From: Podospora anserina
Taxonomy: Eukaryota
DNA: 64,000 bases
NCBI GenBank assembly: GCA_017654855.1
Contig: CM030332.1
Span: 2,666,001-2,730,000, forward strand
Direction of reading: 5' to 3'
Positions 23,865-35,188 of this stretch are shown in pieces. The first letter of the stretch is position 1; every line of letters begins with the position of its first letter. Position numbers and translations under genes: made by a program. The notes under the pieces were generated by a model, which saw only the letters and a list, made by a program, of their open reading frames with translations, had not been told where the DNA came from and made no database searches.

Positions 23865-26001
23865 TTAATGCTCAAGCAGACGCAAGCTACCCTGGACGAC
23901 AACGTTCTCGAGGATGGATCCTGGGGGAATGTCGATGGTCTGACCCTCTGTCGCCACAATGATGACGGTACCCTTGAGGACGACACCGCGACCAAGGTTG
24001 ACCGCACCGGTGATGGTGAGGTGGTCAAGCTCAATGATCTTGGGGATGCTGGGGATGCGCTTCTGGAAGTCGGACACCTTCTTGAAGTCACCACCGAGCT
24101 TGATCAGAGGAGCATCACCGAAGCGGGCTGTGCTCATCTGGAGCTGGCCGTGCTTGACGGTGTAGAGATCAGACTTGACAAGCATCAGATCAGAGCAAGT
24201 CTTGACGGGCAAGAAGCGGCGACGGGGAACGTTGACACCGTGGGCGTTCTTGAAGTGCTTGATGGCAGCACCAACAGCGGTCTCCAGCTGGAGAATGCTA
24301 ATGTCCGACTCGCCCTTCTTATCACCGGGGATGGTCTTGCCGTTGGGGATGATCTCCATCTCGAGCTCGTTATTCTCGACGACGCGCTTGATGGCCTTGA
24401 CGTTCATCCAGATGTTGTTGGTGTTGAAGTACTTGAACTTCTTGATGGACTTGAACTCGTTGACATGCTCCTTGGGGACCTGGGCGATTTCGAGAAGGCG
24501 GACGCTGCCCTCGTAGTCAATGATGGTACCACCCTTGACATCGGCCTTGGTCTTGTTGGTCAACTCCATGATGTACTCGGCTTCGCTCTCAACCATGTGC
24601 TGGAGAATGCGGAGATCAACAACGGCGCCGAGGTTGTCAGCGTTGGAAAGGAAGATGATCTCGATGCCACGGTCGATGAGCTGGTCAAGAACACCAGAGT
24701 TGTAGAGGGACTCGAAAACGTCACCGTGTCCGGGAGGATACCAGTCATGGAGAGCAGAGTCAAAGGACTTGGGGACTGGGAGGAGGGAGTCCTTGAAGAT
24801 TCTGGGGTACCTCGACTGGTTAAAGGTAAGAATGTCGACGTTATGACCCTCATACTTCTTGATAATCGCCGCGGTATCATCGTGGGTGTTGAAAGAGTTC
24901 ATGAGGAGAATGGGGACGTTGGAGCCGTAGCTGCGGTTGAGGTGCTCGACCTGGCGGACGGACATGTCAAGGAAAGACATGCCATCACGGACCTCGATGA
25001 CCGACTTGGGACCAACGCAACCCATGGAGGTACCGAGACCACCGTTGAGCTTGAGAACAGCAAGCTTGTTGAGGAAGCCAACAGACTCGGAGTGGGCCAA
25101 GTCCTCGTAATCGACGACCTGGCCAGCAGCGGGAGGAGCAATGCGGTCCCACGAGCTATTATTTCCTGTCAGCCACATGACCTTTGTTCAGCCAATTCTG
25201 AGGAACACATACACCTCGTTGCCCTTAGCCTTGTCATTGAGATAGCGGCGGAACAAGGAGAAGAAGTTGTCCATCTCGGTCTCGAACAGCTTCTTCTCCT
25301 TGGGGTCCTTCACGGTCTCGGCGAGGTTGGTGAGAGCATTGCGCATCTGGGCAGCAGCAATGTTGGTCGAGGTGTTCTCGAAAGCCTGGTGGAAAATTGC
25401 GGGTTAGTCTGACGTCATTGAAGCCATTGTGCCAGTGCATGGCAAAAAGAAACCCATTAATGCTGTTGTTGTCCCCTCGACGGACAGCGCCGGTCCCATA
25501 TTGTCCACAGCGGTATTCTCTCGGAGTTATTACGGATAGATTGTTCGTGCACAGCTTGTCCAACAGTTGGGATCCTGTCTTGGGAAGGGCCCGGAGATTG
25601 CGCCGTTGGAGCAGCTCCACCTTTCGAGTCGGACAACAAGGCAGTTCGGGAGACAGAGCGGGTGACCGGGCCGTGTTCTTTTTCGGTGATGATGTTGGTG
25701 AACCCGTGACAGGCGGATGATGCACGTCACAGAAGCAGTTGCTCGCTTGTGCCACGGGCTGGAGCAAGCCGTGGTCCTGCTCGGATCCTCCTTTGTTGGG
25801 GAGCGGCACCGACTCTGCAGAACCCGTCCTCGCACTCGTCCAAGAGAACAACACACCAGCAGAAGGGATGGGAATAGGAGATGTGCAAAAACTAACCATG
25901 TGGGAACGAGTCTTGCCATGATGTCTCTTGGCAAACTCCTGCTCGTCGCCGTTGCCGGGCTTGAGGTGGGATGGGAGAGCGCTCTTAATCGCCTGTGCCA
26001 T
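23865..26001 (-). CDS. UGP1: UTP-glucose-1-phosphate uridylyltransferase. Exons 26001-25897, 25385-25213, 25155-23865
   Basis: [75 protein letters not shown]; both introns are GT-AG with branch sites. Confidence 0.97.
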
Positions 26002-28796
26002 TTTCGCCGTGTGATTGGTGAAGATGCTTTGGGCGGACTGGAAGAATGGAAGAGCTATGTTGGCGGTGAGAAGAGGAAAAGAGAAAAAGTGGTTTGGTTG
26101 AAGAGGTGTTGGGAGGAAGTTCGATGACGATGGAGGGGGAAGTTACAGATGTAGTAGCTGTTGGGCAGGTGCTGTTTTACGAGATAAATTAGCCAGTTGA
26201 CGTAATAAAAGGAGTTGACAGGCCTTGAAATAGGAGCAGGATCAACCTGGATAGACCCTCTTTCCTGCAGTGGAACTGGCGAATTGCAAGCAATCACATG
26301 GGGAAGGGGGTGGAAGCTCGAGATGAACAGATCCAGATGAGGGCGGGGGGGGGGAAGAGGGGGAGGGGTTCCCAACATCCAGGTAGCTCCAACTTTCAAG
26401 TAACCTGGAAGACGTACCTGTAACTATTCTCAAGCTTGCAGCAGCTCCGACGGTTCACAGTGGTTTGAACCTTGAGGATGGACGGATGGAAAGAGAAGAA
26501 GGACGTGGAATGCAGAGCTCAAGAGGGTGCCCCTGAATCTTGAAGGTTTTAATACCTGAGTAGTAGGTGGTGAGTTACGAATGTCGGCCAGGAGAAGCAT
26601 TGGGCCATAGCAGCTCAATCGGGCAAAAAGTTATTGTTAGTGCATCAGGTACCCGAACTGCCGCTCCTGTCAGACGAGGATCACTTCTGCGAGTGGCGTC
26701 ACCACAGGCAGGGGCATCTTGATACCACAACTGACCACCCACCACCAGCTGAGCTTCGAGTTTTCCGCCAATTCTCACGGCACGGAACCCAATGGTAGGT
26801 GCAGGAGCTTTGCAGCTCTTCAACGTTGCTGCACTGTTTGATCCGTGTCACGGTGACATGTTGTCTGATTTCTGAAGCGCAACTCCCGCGCCGGAAATCG
26901 CGGGGTACTAACTAGGCTTCGATACTTATGGAGCCTACCTATAGAATTGATGCCGTCACAGTAACCTGTTGACTGGTCCTGCTGTTGACAGTTGCACAAA
27001 GAAATCAGAAAAACCATCCGGTGCTGAGATATCCTCCGATATATCAAGTCGCATGAAGACGCCGCCTTTTCAAAACTGAAGTGCTGAACAAGCCTCCTCC
27101 TTCCATCGACCAAGTCTGGATATGAATATTGGCCTGTGCCGCCTGGTACCCGATTCCTTAACAGCTGGGCCAAAACTACCCCTCTCCCACACGGTAGCAT
27201 TTCCAGGGAGCCCCTGCTGGTTGCCATGGTGTCTGGCAAACCCGAGAACTAAAGCTTCAGCCCAACGGGAGCTAAAAACAGATGATGGGCTCGTTGTCAT
27301 AACCCAAGTTCCACCAGCCCATCAACCGGGAAATTTGATGCCGTCCCGATCAGGAGTCGAGGCGCCTCAGTTATTCGCCAGGCAAACGGCGAGCGGGATG
27401 CTGCTTGGAATTGTTTTATTGCCATGTCGATATCTCTCCTATCTGGAGGGCGTTTTTTGTTTCTTTTTTTTGTTGGCGGGCTGTCGAGTAGATCCAGCCA
27501 CTATCACGAGCTGTCAGATATAAAACACCACCACAAGATATCAGACCTCCTTCAGCTCTCCCAACTCGGCCCGTTATCGTCCAGAGCCCTTTGAGAGGGA
27601 GGGAATAAAGGCAACGTCGTATTTTCTGGAAAATATCGCATCTCGCCACGAAAATGACGGGCCAGCGTCCCTCGTTCCGAGCTCCACCAGGTTTTTATGA
27701 GAACGGTCGCTTCATGAGTTGACGGCTTCCAGATGCAAGGCATCAAGAAAGGAGGTGCAAGGCTGCCCAGCTGCTACCCCCAGCACTGCCGCAAAATGAA
27801 TGGGTCCTAGAACAGATGCATGGAATCTCGGAATCTCGCGATCGCGCTCCGCCGATGAAGAAAGGGACCCACGTGGGGAAAGGAGCCAAGTTGTTTTGTC
27901 TCTCCTTTTCGACGAAGCGTGATATCGGTACCCGAGACATTTTCGTCAGTTTCTTGAGTGAGGGACATGATGAAAGTCATTGCCAGTTTTCGGTTGCCGT
28001 GTATCGTTATCTCTCCCAGTCATGACGATCGGGTCAATATATCTTTTGCAACATACAGAGGAAAAGCAAACAAGAAACAAACAGCAACCCGCCACGAAGC
28101 AAACGGCCCACTGGGTCCCCTCGCTTCGATGTCCCCTAGCCTCCAATGCTCCGGCCCAGTCCAGAGTGATCCAAGATCTTGGGACTATCGGACAGTGTCC
28201 AATCTGATGGGAACGGGCAGCTATTTGTGGTCTGCACTAGGCCGAGAAAACAATAGCCCCAGGCCGTAGATTTTTCTGGGAGCACCAGGGGGCTAAGACA
28301 GGTCTCGGTCCGGCCCCCTCGCTGTCTCTCGGTACGAGGGCCGGGATTGCCAAGCATGAAATGTCGGCCCCACTCGGCCGGAGATTCGCCGTCCACCCAC
28401 TCTGCTCCGAGGTGTGAGCCCACTGGACTCCGCTCTTTCAGCTTCCGTTGTGTTGCGCCTGCCCTTTGCGATTGTCCCTGATCAGCCCATGCAAGCCACC
28501 CAGGCTGCAAGCCTCACGACGGACTTTCTTCAGCTGTCTGCATTCCTTCCGGGTTGTTGGGCCTCCCTACGGTATGTGGGGCACTGTAGGCCCAACGAAT
28601 ATCAGCAAGCCACTGCCGCCTGCATTTGAACTGGAGTCTATCGTTCGGGACCGACGACGATCAAGTCACTTCTGACAACCTCAAACACCGAGCCAATCGT
28701 ATCTCACCTCTCCTTCTGCACCCACCTTGTCTCACTTCTCTCTTCTTCAACCTGTCGTCTCTTGCGTGTAAAACACTCCCCCCACCCCCACGAATC

Positions 28797-29591
28797 ATGG
28801 GCAGCACATCTGATGATCCCCCAATGACATCCACCACCAACACCACCAACGGCGATGCTACCATCTCTTCCCCCAATGGCACCAACTCCTCAGAAGAACA
28901 ATCCCGCAAAGATGAAGAAGACATCCCCTACTGGAACGTAAACGTCCCCCCCCATCTCCGCACTCAAACCTGCCCCTCCTACCTCCTCAACCTCAACCCA
29001 AAAGACCTCTCCATAATCTCTACCCCCGACTCCCACTACGAAATCGAATCCTGGCCCACGGTCCTCTCCAAGATCCGGTCGTACCGCCCCGACCTCTTCC
29101 AGCGCATCCCCTCGGACCTCCGCCGCTACCACGAGTTTTGTTATAATATCAAGCAGCGGTACGGGTCCGTCATGAACTTTATCCTCTCGCAGCGTCTCGG
29201 CTGGGAGCACCCCATCATCCCCAAGGGTGACGAGCCGTTTGAGTGTGAGGAGGATGTCAAGATACTCCGGAATGACTGGCCGTATGGTATAGATGGCAAG
29301 ATTGTCCATTTGGTGGTGTGGGTCAAGTTTGAGCTCGAGGCCGAGGGGGAAAAGGGGGATTTGACGGAGAAAGAGACAAAGGTGGTGGGGGAGTGGGTGA
29401 GGAAGAAGTTTGTGGTGGAGGGGGGGTTGGAGGAGGGGAGGGTTGTTTGGTTCAGGAATTGGACCTGTTTGAAGTCTGTCAAGAGTGTGGAGCATTTTCA
29501 TGTCATGCTGTTTGATCCAGACAAAGAGTTGGTGGATGGGTTGACGGGGGGGGATGTGCCGCTTTGTGAGAGGGTCAAGTTGAGTATATGA
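28797..29591 (+). CDS. DUF3605 / N-acetylglucosamine-induced protein 1 (Gig1)-like
   Basis: F-x-R-x-PSDLRRY, DVKILRNDWPYGIDGKIVHLVVWVK, WFRNWTCLKSVKSVEHFHV (HIT-like) motifs; first ATG 28797. Confidence 0.85.
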   Translation: MGSTSDDPPMTSTTNTTNGDATISSPNGTNSSEEQSRKDEEDIPYWNVNVPPHLRTQTCPSYLLNLNPKDLSIISTPDSHYEIESWPTVLSKIRSYRPDLFQRIPSDLRRYHEFCYNIKQRYGSVMNFILSQRLGWEHPIIPKGDEPFECEEDVKILRNDWPYGIDGKIVHLVVWVKFELEAEGEKGDLTEKETKVVGEWVRKKFVVEGGLEEGRVVWFRNWTCLKSVKSVEHFHVMLFDPDKELVDGLTGGDVPLCERVKLSI

Positions 29592-29630
29592 GAGAGGGTT
29601 GGTCAAGTTTTGGAGAGGAGGTGGGGTGTA

Positions 29631-29660
29631 TGAGTAGGAGGTATACAGTACTCCTACTCA
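29631..29660. other. Perfect 10-bp inverted repeat (hairpin) downstream of the DUF3605 gene
   Basis: TGAGTAGGAG-gtatacagta-CTCCTACTCA. Confidence 0.8.
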
Positions 29661-29901
29661 GTGGGGGCAACAGGACAGCATGTGTGAGGTTGGACAGACA
29701 GAGGCAGGGTTTACCTAATTTTTAGTATTCGATATCATCATTTCCTTTGGGGTTTTAGAAGGGGGGAGCCGCTAGACGACCTTGAGAATGGGACACTTTG
29801 AATTTCGGTGTTGAGATGTAAGATAGAGACGGAGGCTCAAATAGACTGGAGACAACTGCTTCAAGCATTGCTAGATGAACACTTTGATGCCGTACAACAA
29901 A

Positions 29902-30869
29902 TCACCTATAATAATCCTGCACCACTCTCCTCACCTCCACAACCGGACACTCGGCCAACGGAACCGCAATCGGCTTCTCGATTTTTACTCTGACGGTGTA
30001 ATCCTCCCCATTGACAAAAACCTCCTCCACCTTGTCAATCAAGTGCGCCCCCAACGCTTCCAACGTCTCGAATGATGACTCCTCCAGCGCCTATTTCACT
30101 CAATCAGCATTTCTATCCCATCCCCTTTTCTTTTTTTGCTTCATCTTTCACTCACCTTCACAACCGCCTTTTCAACCCTGACATACCTATCCCCCCTCAC
30201 CTTGATCCCCTCAATCCCCACCGTAACAACCAACATCTGCCTCGCCTCCCGCTCGTTAGGGTTAACCCCGACCAACGTCGGCACTCCGAGTCTGGTGATC
30301 TCCATCCCTAGCGCGCGGGCGGTCATTTTTCCCGTGTTGTCAAACCCCGCGCTTGCGGTGAGACTCACACCCTCGCCGAGCAAGCTCGCTTTTGGGAGCG
30401 TCAGCTTCACACCCAGAAACCCGATCCTATCTAAACTCCCCCCCAAAAAAGGGGTTCCGTCCCCCCTGACACCATCGATAGACAATCCAGTGAGATGAAC
30501 GAATATCTGGTTCAGCACCGAGATCGCATCCCCCTCGTCCTCCTCTGGAGAAGAAATGGCGGCTGTAGAATTAGGGCCGAAGTAAGTCTCTACAGTGTCG
30601 AGGAGTGCCTTTGATAAATTGCCGTAGTGGATCGTGTCCTCGCCTAGCTTGTCGGTTGCGGAGGCGGTTTCAAAGGGGGAGGTGAAACTGATCTCTGCCG
30701 AGAGGAGGAGGGGTTGGGGGCGGAGGGGGCGGTCCCAGGCGTCTGTGGCTGCGCGGAGGAGGGTGCTGGATAGGTTCTTGACTGAGACTGCTGCTGGGAG
30801 GAGGTCGGCGGTGGTGAGGGAGCGGAGGGCGGGGGTTGGGAGGAGGGGGATGGATGTGGGGGTTGACAT
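29902..30869 (-). CDS. Stand-alone dihydroneopterin aldolase-like protein (two FolB-type units). Exons 30869-30156 and 30090-29902
   Basis: DAWDRP.RPQP..ASATD.LGEDTIHYG.LSK; LTLPKASL; TLVGVNPNEREARQ; spliced exon 2 ALEESSFETLEALG..VKIEKPIAVPLAECPVVEV. Confidence 0.8.
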
Positions 30870-31822
30870 TTTGGGGGGGTGGTGAAGGTGGGTGAGAAAG
30901 ATATGGTGCTAGTTGGTGGGGGGGTGGTGAAAGTACTTTAACGAAACAGTGACTGAGTGGGTTGTTAAGAGGTGTGAGTGAGGTGTGAGTGAGGTGTGAG
31001 TGAGGGCGAGACTGTTGTGGTGTTGCGGGGTACCTATCTCTGTAATTGTGAGTCAAGCGAATTCAGAGGGTTTATCAGAGAAAACTTACCTTGAAAATAA
31101 TCTCAGGGCCGATGTGAAGAAAGAGAACCTGAATGACACAACTTTCAAGTCTTCGTCAAAATGGAAGGTGAGAAAATCGTATGACGCAATCTTGTCAACG
31201 TGGAGGGGTGTGGAAGAGTGAGTGAGGGTGAGAGAGGATGGATGGAGGGGTCGTCGCTGATAAGAGAAATCCCCTGAATGGCGATAAGAACAACATTTAT
31301 GGTCCAACACCAGCTCTCTTTCCACAACCTGAACCCTCTTTTGGTATGAAGAGCGCAATTTTACTTTGTTTTCTCACTTGGATGTAGGCATTCGAGCGGA
31401 ACGCGAGTGTCAATACCACTGTTCGTGAGAAGAAGCCTAATTCTATTCCGCATGTCACAAGAGCAAATATCATCAACGCCCACCCAAACCCTCAACCAAC
31501 TACGAGCATACCCACATTCGGCCGTGAAATTTGAAAGATGAAACAAGAATAAGATAAACCCAGACAACACTATTCCGCTATCATGCAAGACCCCAAATGA
31601 ACTAACCACTTCATGAGAAGAGAACACAAAAAGGGGTATATACTTCAACAAGCCATCCCACCAAATCCAGCTCCATGACCAAGCAGATACACCAAAAACC
31701 TAAAACATCTCGGTACAAAACTGGGTATCTCGTACTCAATCAAATCCCAACCAAATGACTTTTTTCTTTCGTAATCATCAAAATCAACAAACACTAGCAA
31801 ACCTCAATGAACGAAAACAACA

Positions 31823-34800
31823 TCACTGAGGGTGGTAAAACGGCCCCTGGGGTTGGTGTGGCGAGTGAGAAAACGGTGACACTGAACCCTGGGGTGTAAA
31901 CTGATGTTCAGGCCCAGTCGCATGAATATCAAGCATGTTACCCCCATACCCCATCTGGACCCCCGCGCTGGGATCTTGCAGCCCCAGAGCGTTCATCGAC
32001 ATGGCTGGCATGGCGGGAAAGGGCTCTATCTCTGGAGTAGACACATAATTGTTTGGCGGCGTTGGCATGTAAGGGCTTGTGGTGACGGGAAGTCCGCCGC
32101 CAAAGGCGGGCGTGTTGAGGCTAGTGAAGCCAGTGACGGGGTGGTGTCCGACCGGTTGCATGTTGAGATTGGTCTGACCCATGCTCTGAGCGAGATCACT
32201 AAAATCGCTGTGGTGTTGAGGGTAAAACTGTTGTTGCTGAGGTATAGCGTGATGGTAGACAAACTGGCCAGGGAGCGGCGCATTCGTATATCCTGGCATT
32301 GGGCCTTGTTGACGGACCATTGGCCCCTGGCCAACCGGAGATCGATCCCACTGGGTTTGGGTGTTGAATGTGGGAGGAAACTGCCGCGGTGGCGGATCTT
32401 GGACAGGACTGATGATGGTATCCTCGTCGAGATCCTTCTTGGCTACCAGCTTGAGAATCGGCAAGCTGATCTGCTCCATGTGCTTGGCCAAGTGGACAGT
32501 CAACTTCTTCCAGGTCGGGAACGTCTTGCCACAGAAGCGGCATGGTTCTTGTTGAGGCAAAGCAGTGGTCTCTTTGTGACAAGCCTCGACTCTTTGCCAG
32601 GTGGGGTCGTTACCACCTGCCCGCTTGATGGCCGCCTTGGTCTTCACCTTGGGCTCAGCAAACTTGTGCTCGCGAACCAAGTGTTGAAGGAAGTTGTCAC
32701 GGCGGTAGCAGATATGACGGCAGTCCTCAACGTCGCACGTCCACCACTCCAGGTGCCGATGACCTTCGTTCTCGTGGCGGACCCAGTCTGCCTTTCTCTT
32801 GAAGATCTTGGGGTCTCTGCATCGGTCCCAGGTGCAGGTAAACGGCTGGACATCTTCATGGACATGTTTGGTCCAGTCAGAAGGCTTCTGGAACTTCTTT
32901 GACGTGAAACACAGCTGACACTCAAACTCGGCAGGCAGTGTGCTGGTAGGAGGCATGGGGATGTCTTGAGGGAAGCTCTCCTGATTGATCGCGCCCTCTA
33001 GCGGCGTGATTTCTCCATCCGAACCGTCAAACCTGGCAGACAGGGGGTCGGTACCGCCGGCGTTGAGGATATTGGCACTGCCTCCGAGTGCAATGCACAT
33101 GCTACCGCAGTTGCAGTTTTGTGCTTTGACAGCCTGGATGTGCTTTACCCGAGAGTTGAGGAGGCCCTTGTACCGGATGATCTGCTGGTGGGCGATACGT
33201 TCGACCAGATAGGTGTTGACGGTACTCAGTTGAGGATTCAACTTGAGAACGTGGTCCTTGAAGCCCGCCATGTTGGGGGTGATGTCATCAATGAGCTTGG
33301 TTGACTCCGTCTTGTCGCCTTCTTCAAATCCGTCATCTTCCTCGTCATCATCGTCATCCAAATCACCAGCATTCGACTTGGCATTCCCAAGGTTGGAAAC
33401 CGGCGGCCCACCGGTCATCTTCCACATGTCGACAATGCCAGGCGGTTGGTTCTCTGACTTGCTTCTCAATCGGTTCATCAAGGGCTTCTTGACGCTCAGC
33501 GTGCTCGGGCTCCTCACGACTGGAGAGTGGACAGGAGTGGCGCTGAGGGAGCCGGATCGGGCATGTGTGGTCCCAATGGCTGCCACACTTCCCCCCATGG
33601 CAACAAGCGCCGTGTTGATGCTTGGAACACTGTTCTTTCTGTTCCATGGGGTGGGGCTTGGTGGTGCGAGCTTCACCTGGCTGTCTCTTCGCTCAAAAGA
33701 TGTGTCGGTTCCCCCAGAGCTTGCATCATCGTTTTCAACGCCACGAGACCGCTTGCTATTATTGACACTTGGTTTCCGGGTGAGCTTGTCGCGCATGACC
33801 CCAATGATGCTCGGTCGTCGACTGCTATCACCTCGGCTCAGCGAGAGCTTCTTGAAGAGGTTTGTGGTCGCCTGCACATCATAATCAAAGATGCTAGGTA
33901 AACTGCGACGCCGTGTTCCCCATGTTGCTGCTCGAGATACAACCGACTCGTTATCGCACATCCGCGTGTATCTCGCAATCGCGGCTTGAGCGGTCTCGGG
34001 CTGGTGCCGAGTGGAAGAAATGGACGATACCATGGGTCCATCAGCCCAGTTGCGATTCTGTCGAATGAACTCGACATCCTCTTCCGTCAAACCACCCGCG
34101 GCGTTCTCGTTGTAGTACGTTTGGCCAGGTTTTAGCACATTCTGCGTCTCTGATACTTCAATCTCGCGATCGGGAACATTGGTGTTGGCATCCTGAGGCA
34201 TGACAGGCACGAACTCTGAAGGTGTTGTTCGGGCAGTATGCTTCTGCAGCCAACTGTCAACCCTTCTGTTTTGCTGTTCCCGGTCACGATCTGAAGCCAG
34301 CTCATTCATGCTCGGGACCTCGACGTTTGGTCGACGAGCTGGGTCCAAACCGCTCGGGCCTGTAGACTGATTCGCCCATCGGCCCGAGAGATCACGGACA
34401 GTGGGAGATGGCTCGGCCTCATACACTGCCTGCTGGCTGGTGTTGAACTCATATGACCCGACATTGTTGTCTTGTTCCCAATGGGAGACTGTGACTCGCG
34501 GACTATGACTATGCATAATGGGAGCTGCTGGGGCAAGGCCGCTGTCGCTTGACTCCTCACTGTTGCTTGTCCTTGGAGTCAAGTCGAGAGAAGACGACTG
34601 TGCTGTAAGTGAGAGCTCGTGCGGCCCAATCGATGGCTGAGACAGGTCAGGAAATGTTGAAAACTCGCTTTTCCCGTCTGCGTGGGGTGAAGCCGTGGAT
34701 AGTGAAGGGGTCTTGTCGGGACTCAGAGGAAAGGTGACCGCGCCAGCCTGTGGCACATGTTGCGAGCTAGTCGAAATGTTGGACTGAGATGTCTGTTGGT

Positions 34801-35188
34801 CGACAAGAAACGAATCCAAGCTATCGTCCACCAAGAAAGAAGGGGAGCCGCCAATGCTATTGAAGCTCGCGCCAAAGAAGGGATCGTCAACTTCGCTGAA
34901 CTCGCTCGACTGGTAGTGAACACTGAGGGTGGACTCGGACTCGGCAGGGGTGTTGACGTTTAGGGAGGGCGAGGAGTACTGCTGTTGGGGCGATGGGTAT
35001 GCCGAGAGATGGCTGTTCTTACTTGGCGTCGACGGGGCGCCTTGAAGTTGATATTGCTGGAAGTGAAGTTGTTGTTGCGGTTGCTGTTGTGGTTGCTGGT
35101 GAGGTCTGCGGGGTTCATCAATCCGGTCCCGGCGGCGTGTGGTGGTGTCAGGGACGGATGAGGGGTACATGGTGTGAATCGAAGACAT
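31823..35188 (-). CDS. C2H2 zinc-finger protein (probable transcription factor), 1121 aa
   Basis: FECQLC..HVHED; FTCTWDRC..RHENEGH; WTCDVEDC..QHLVREH; CRFC..VHLAKH, flanked by low-complexity regions. Confidence 0.88.
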   Translation of the reverse strand: MSSIHTMYPSSVPDTTTRRRDRIDEPRRPHQQPQQQPQQQLHFQQYQLQGAPSTPSKNSHLSAYPSPQQQYSSPSLNVNTPAESESTLSVHYQSSEFSEVDDPFFGASFNSIGGSPSFLVDDSLDSFLVDQQTSQSNISTSSQHVPQAGAVTFPLSPDKTPSLSTASPHADGKSEFSTFPDLSQPSIGPHELSLTAQSSSLDLTPRTSNSEESSDSGLAPAAPIMHSHSPRVTVSHWEQDNNVGSYEFNTSQQAVYEAEPSPTVRDLSGRWANQSTGPSGLDPARRPNVEVPSMNELASDRDREQQNRRVDSWLQKHTARTTPSEFVPVMPQDANTNVPDREIEVSETQNVLKPGQTYYNENAAGGLTEEDVEFIRQNRNWADGPMVSSISSTRHQPETAQAAIARYTRMCDNESVVSRAATWGTRRRSLPSIFDYDVQATTNLFKKLSLSRGDSSRRPSIIGVMRDKLTRKPSVNNSKRSRGVENDDASSGGTDTSFERRDSQVKLAPPSPTPWNRKNSVPSINTALVAMGGSVAAIGTTHARSGSLSATPVHSPVVRSPSTLSVKKPLMNRLRSKSENQPPGIVDMWKMTGGPPVSNLGNAKSNAGDLDDDDDEEDDGFEEGDKTESTKLIDDITPNMAGFKDHVLKLNPQLSTVNTYLVERIAHQQIIRYKGLLNSRVKHIQAVKAQNCNCGSMCIALGGSANILNAGGTDPLSARFDGSDGEITPLEGAINQESFPQDIPMPPTSTLPAEFECQLCFTSKKFQKPSDWTKHVHEDVQPFTCTWDRCRDPKIFKRKADWVRHENEGHRHLEWWTCDVEDCRHICYRRDNFLQHLVREHKFAEPKVKTKAAIKRAGGNDPTWQRVEACHKETTALPQQEPCRFCGKTFPTWKKLTVHLAKHMEQISLPILKLVAKKDLDEDTIISPVQDPPPRQFPPTFNTQTQWDRSPVGQGPMVRQQGPMPGYTNAPLPGQFVYHHAIPQQQQFYPQHHSDFSDLAQSMGQTNLNMQPVGHHPVTGFTSLNTPAFGGGLPVTTSPYMPTPPNNYVSTPEIEPFPAMPAMSMNALGLQDPSAGVQMGYGGNMLDIHATGPEHQFTPQGSVSPFSHSPHQPQGPFYHPQ

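Noticed and set aside
23868-25412. 514-aa plus-strand ORF
   Set aside because: Codon-aligned antisense shadow of the strongly biased UGP1 gene.
31084-31092. ACTTACCT resembling the U1 snRNA 5' end
   Set aside because: No downstream U1 stem-loops or Sm site recognisable.
31904-32902. 332-aa plus-strand ORF
   Set aside because: Antisense to the zinc-finger region of the C2H2 gene.
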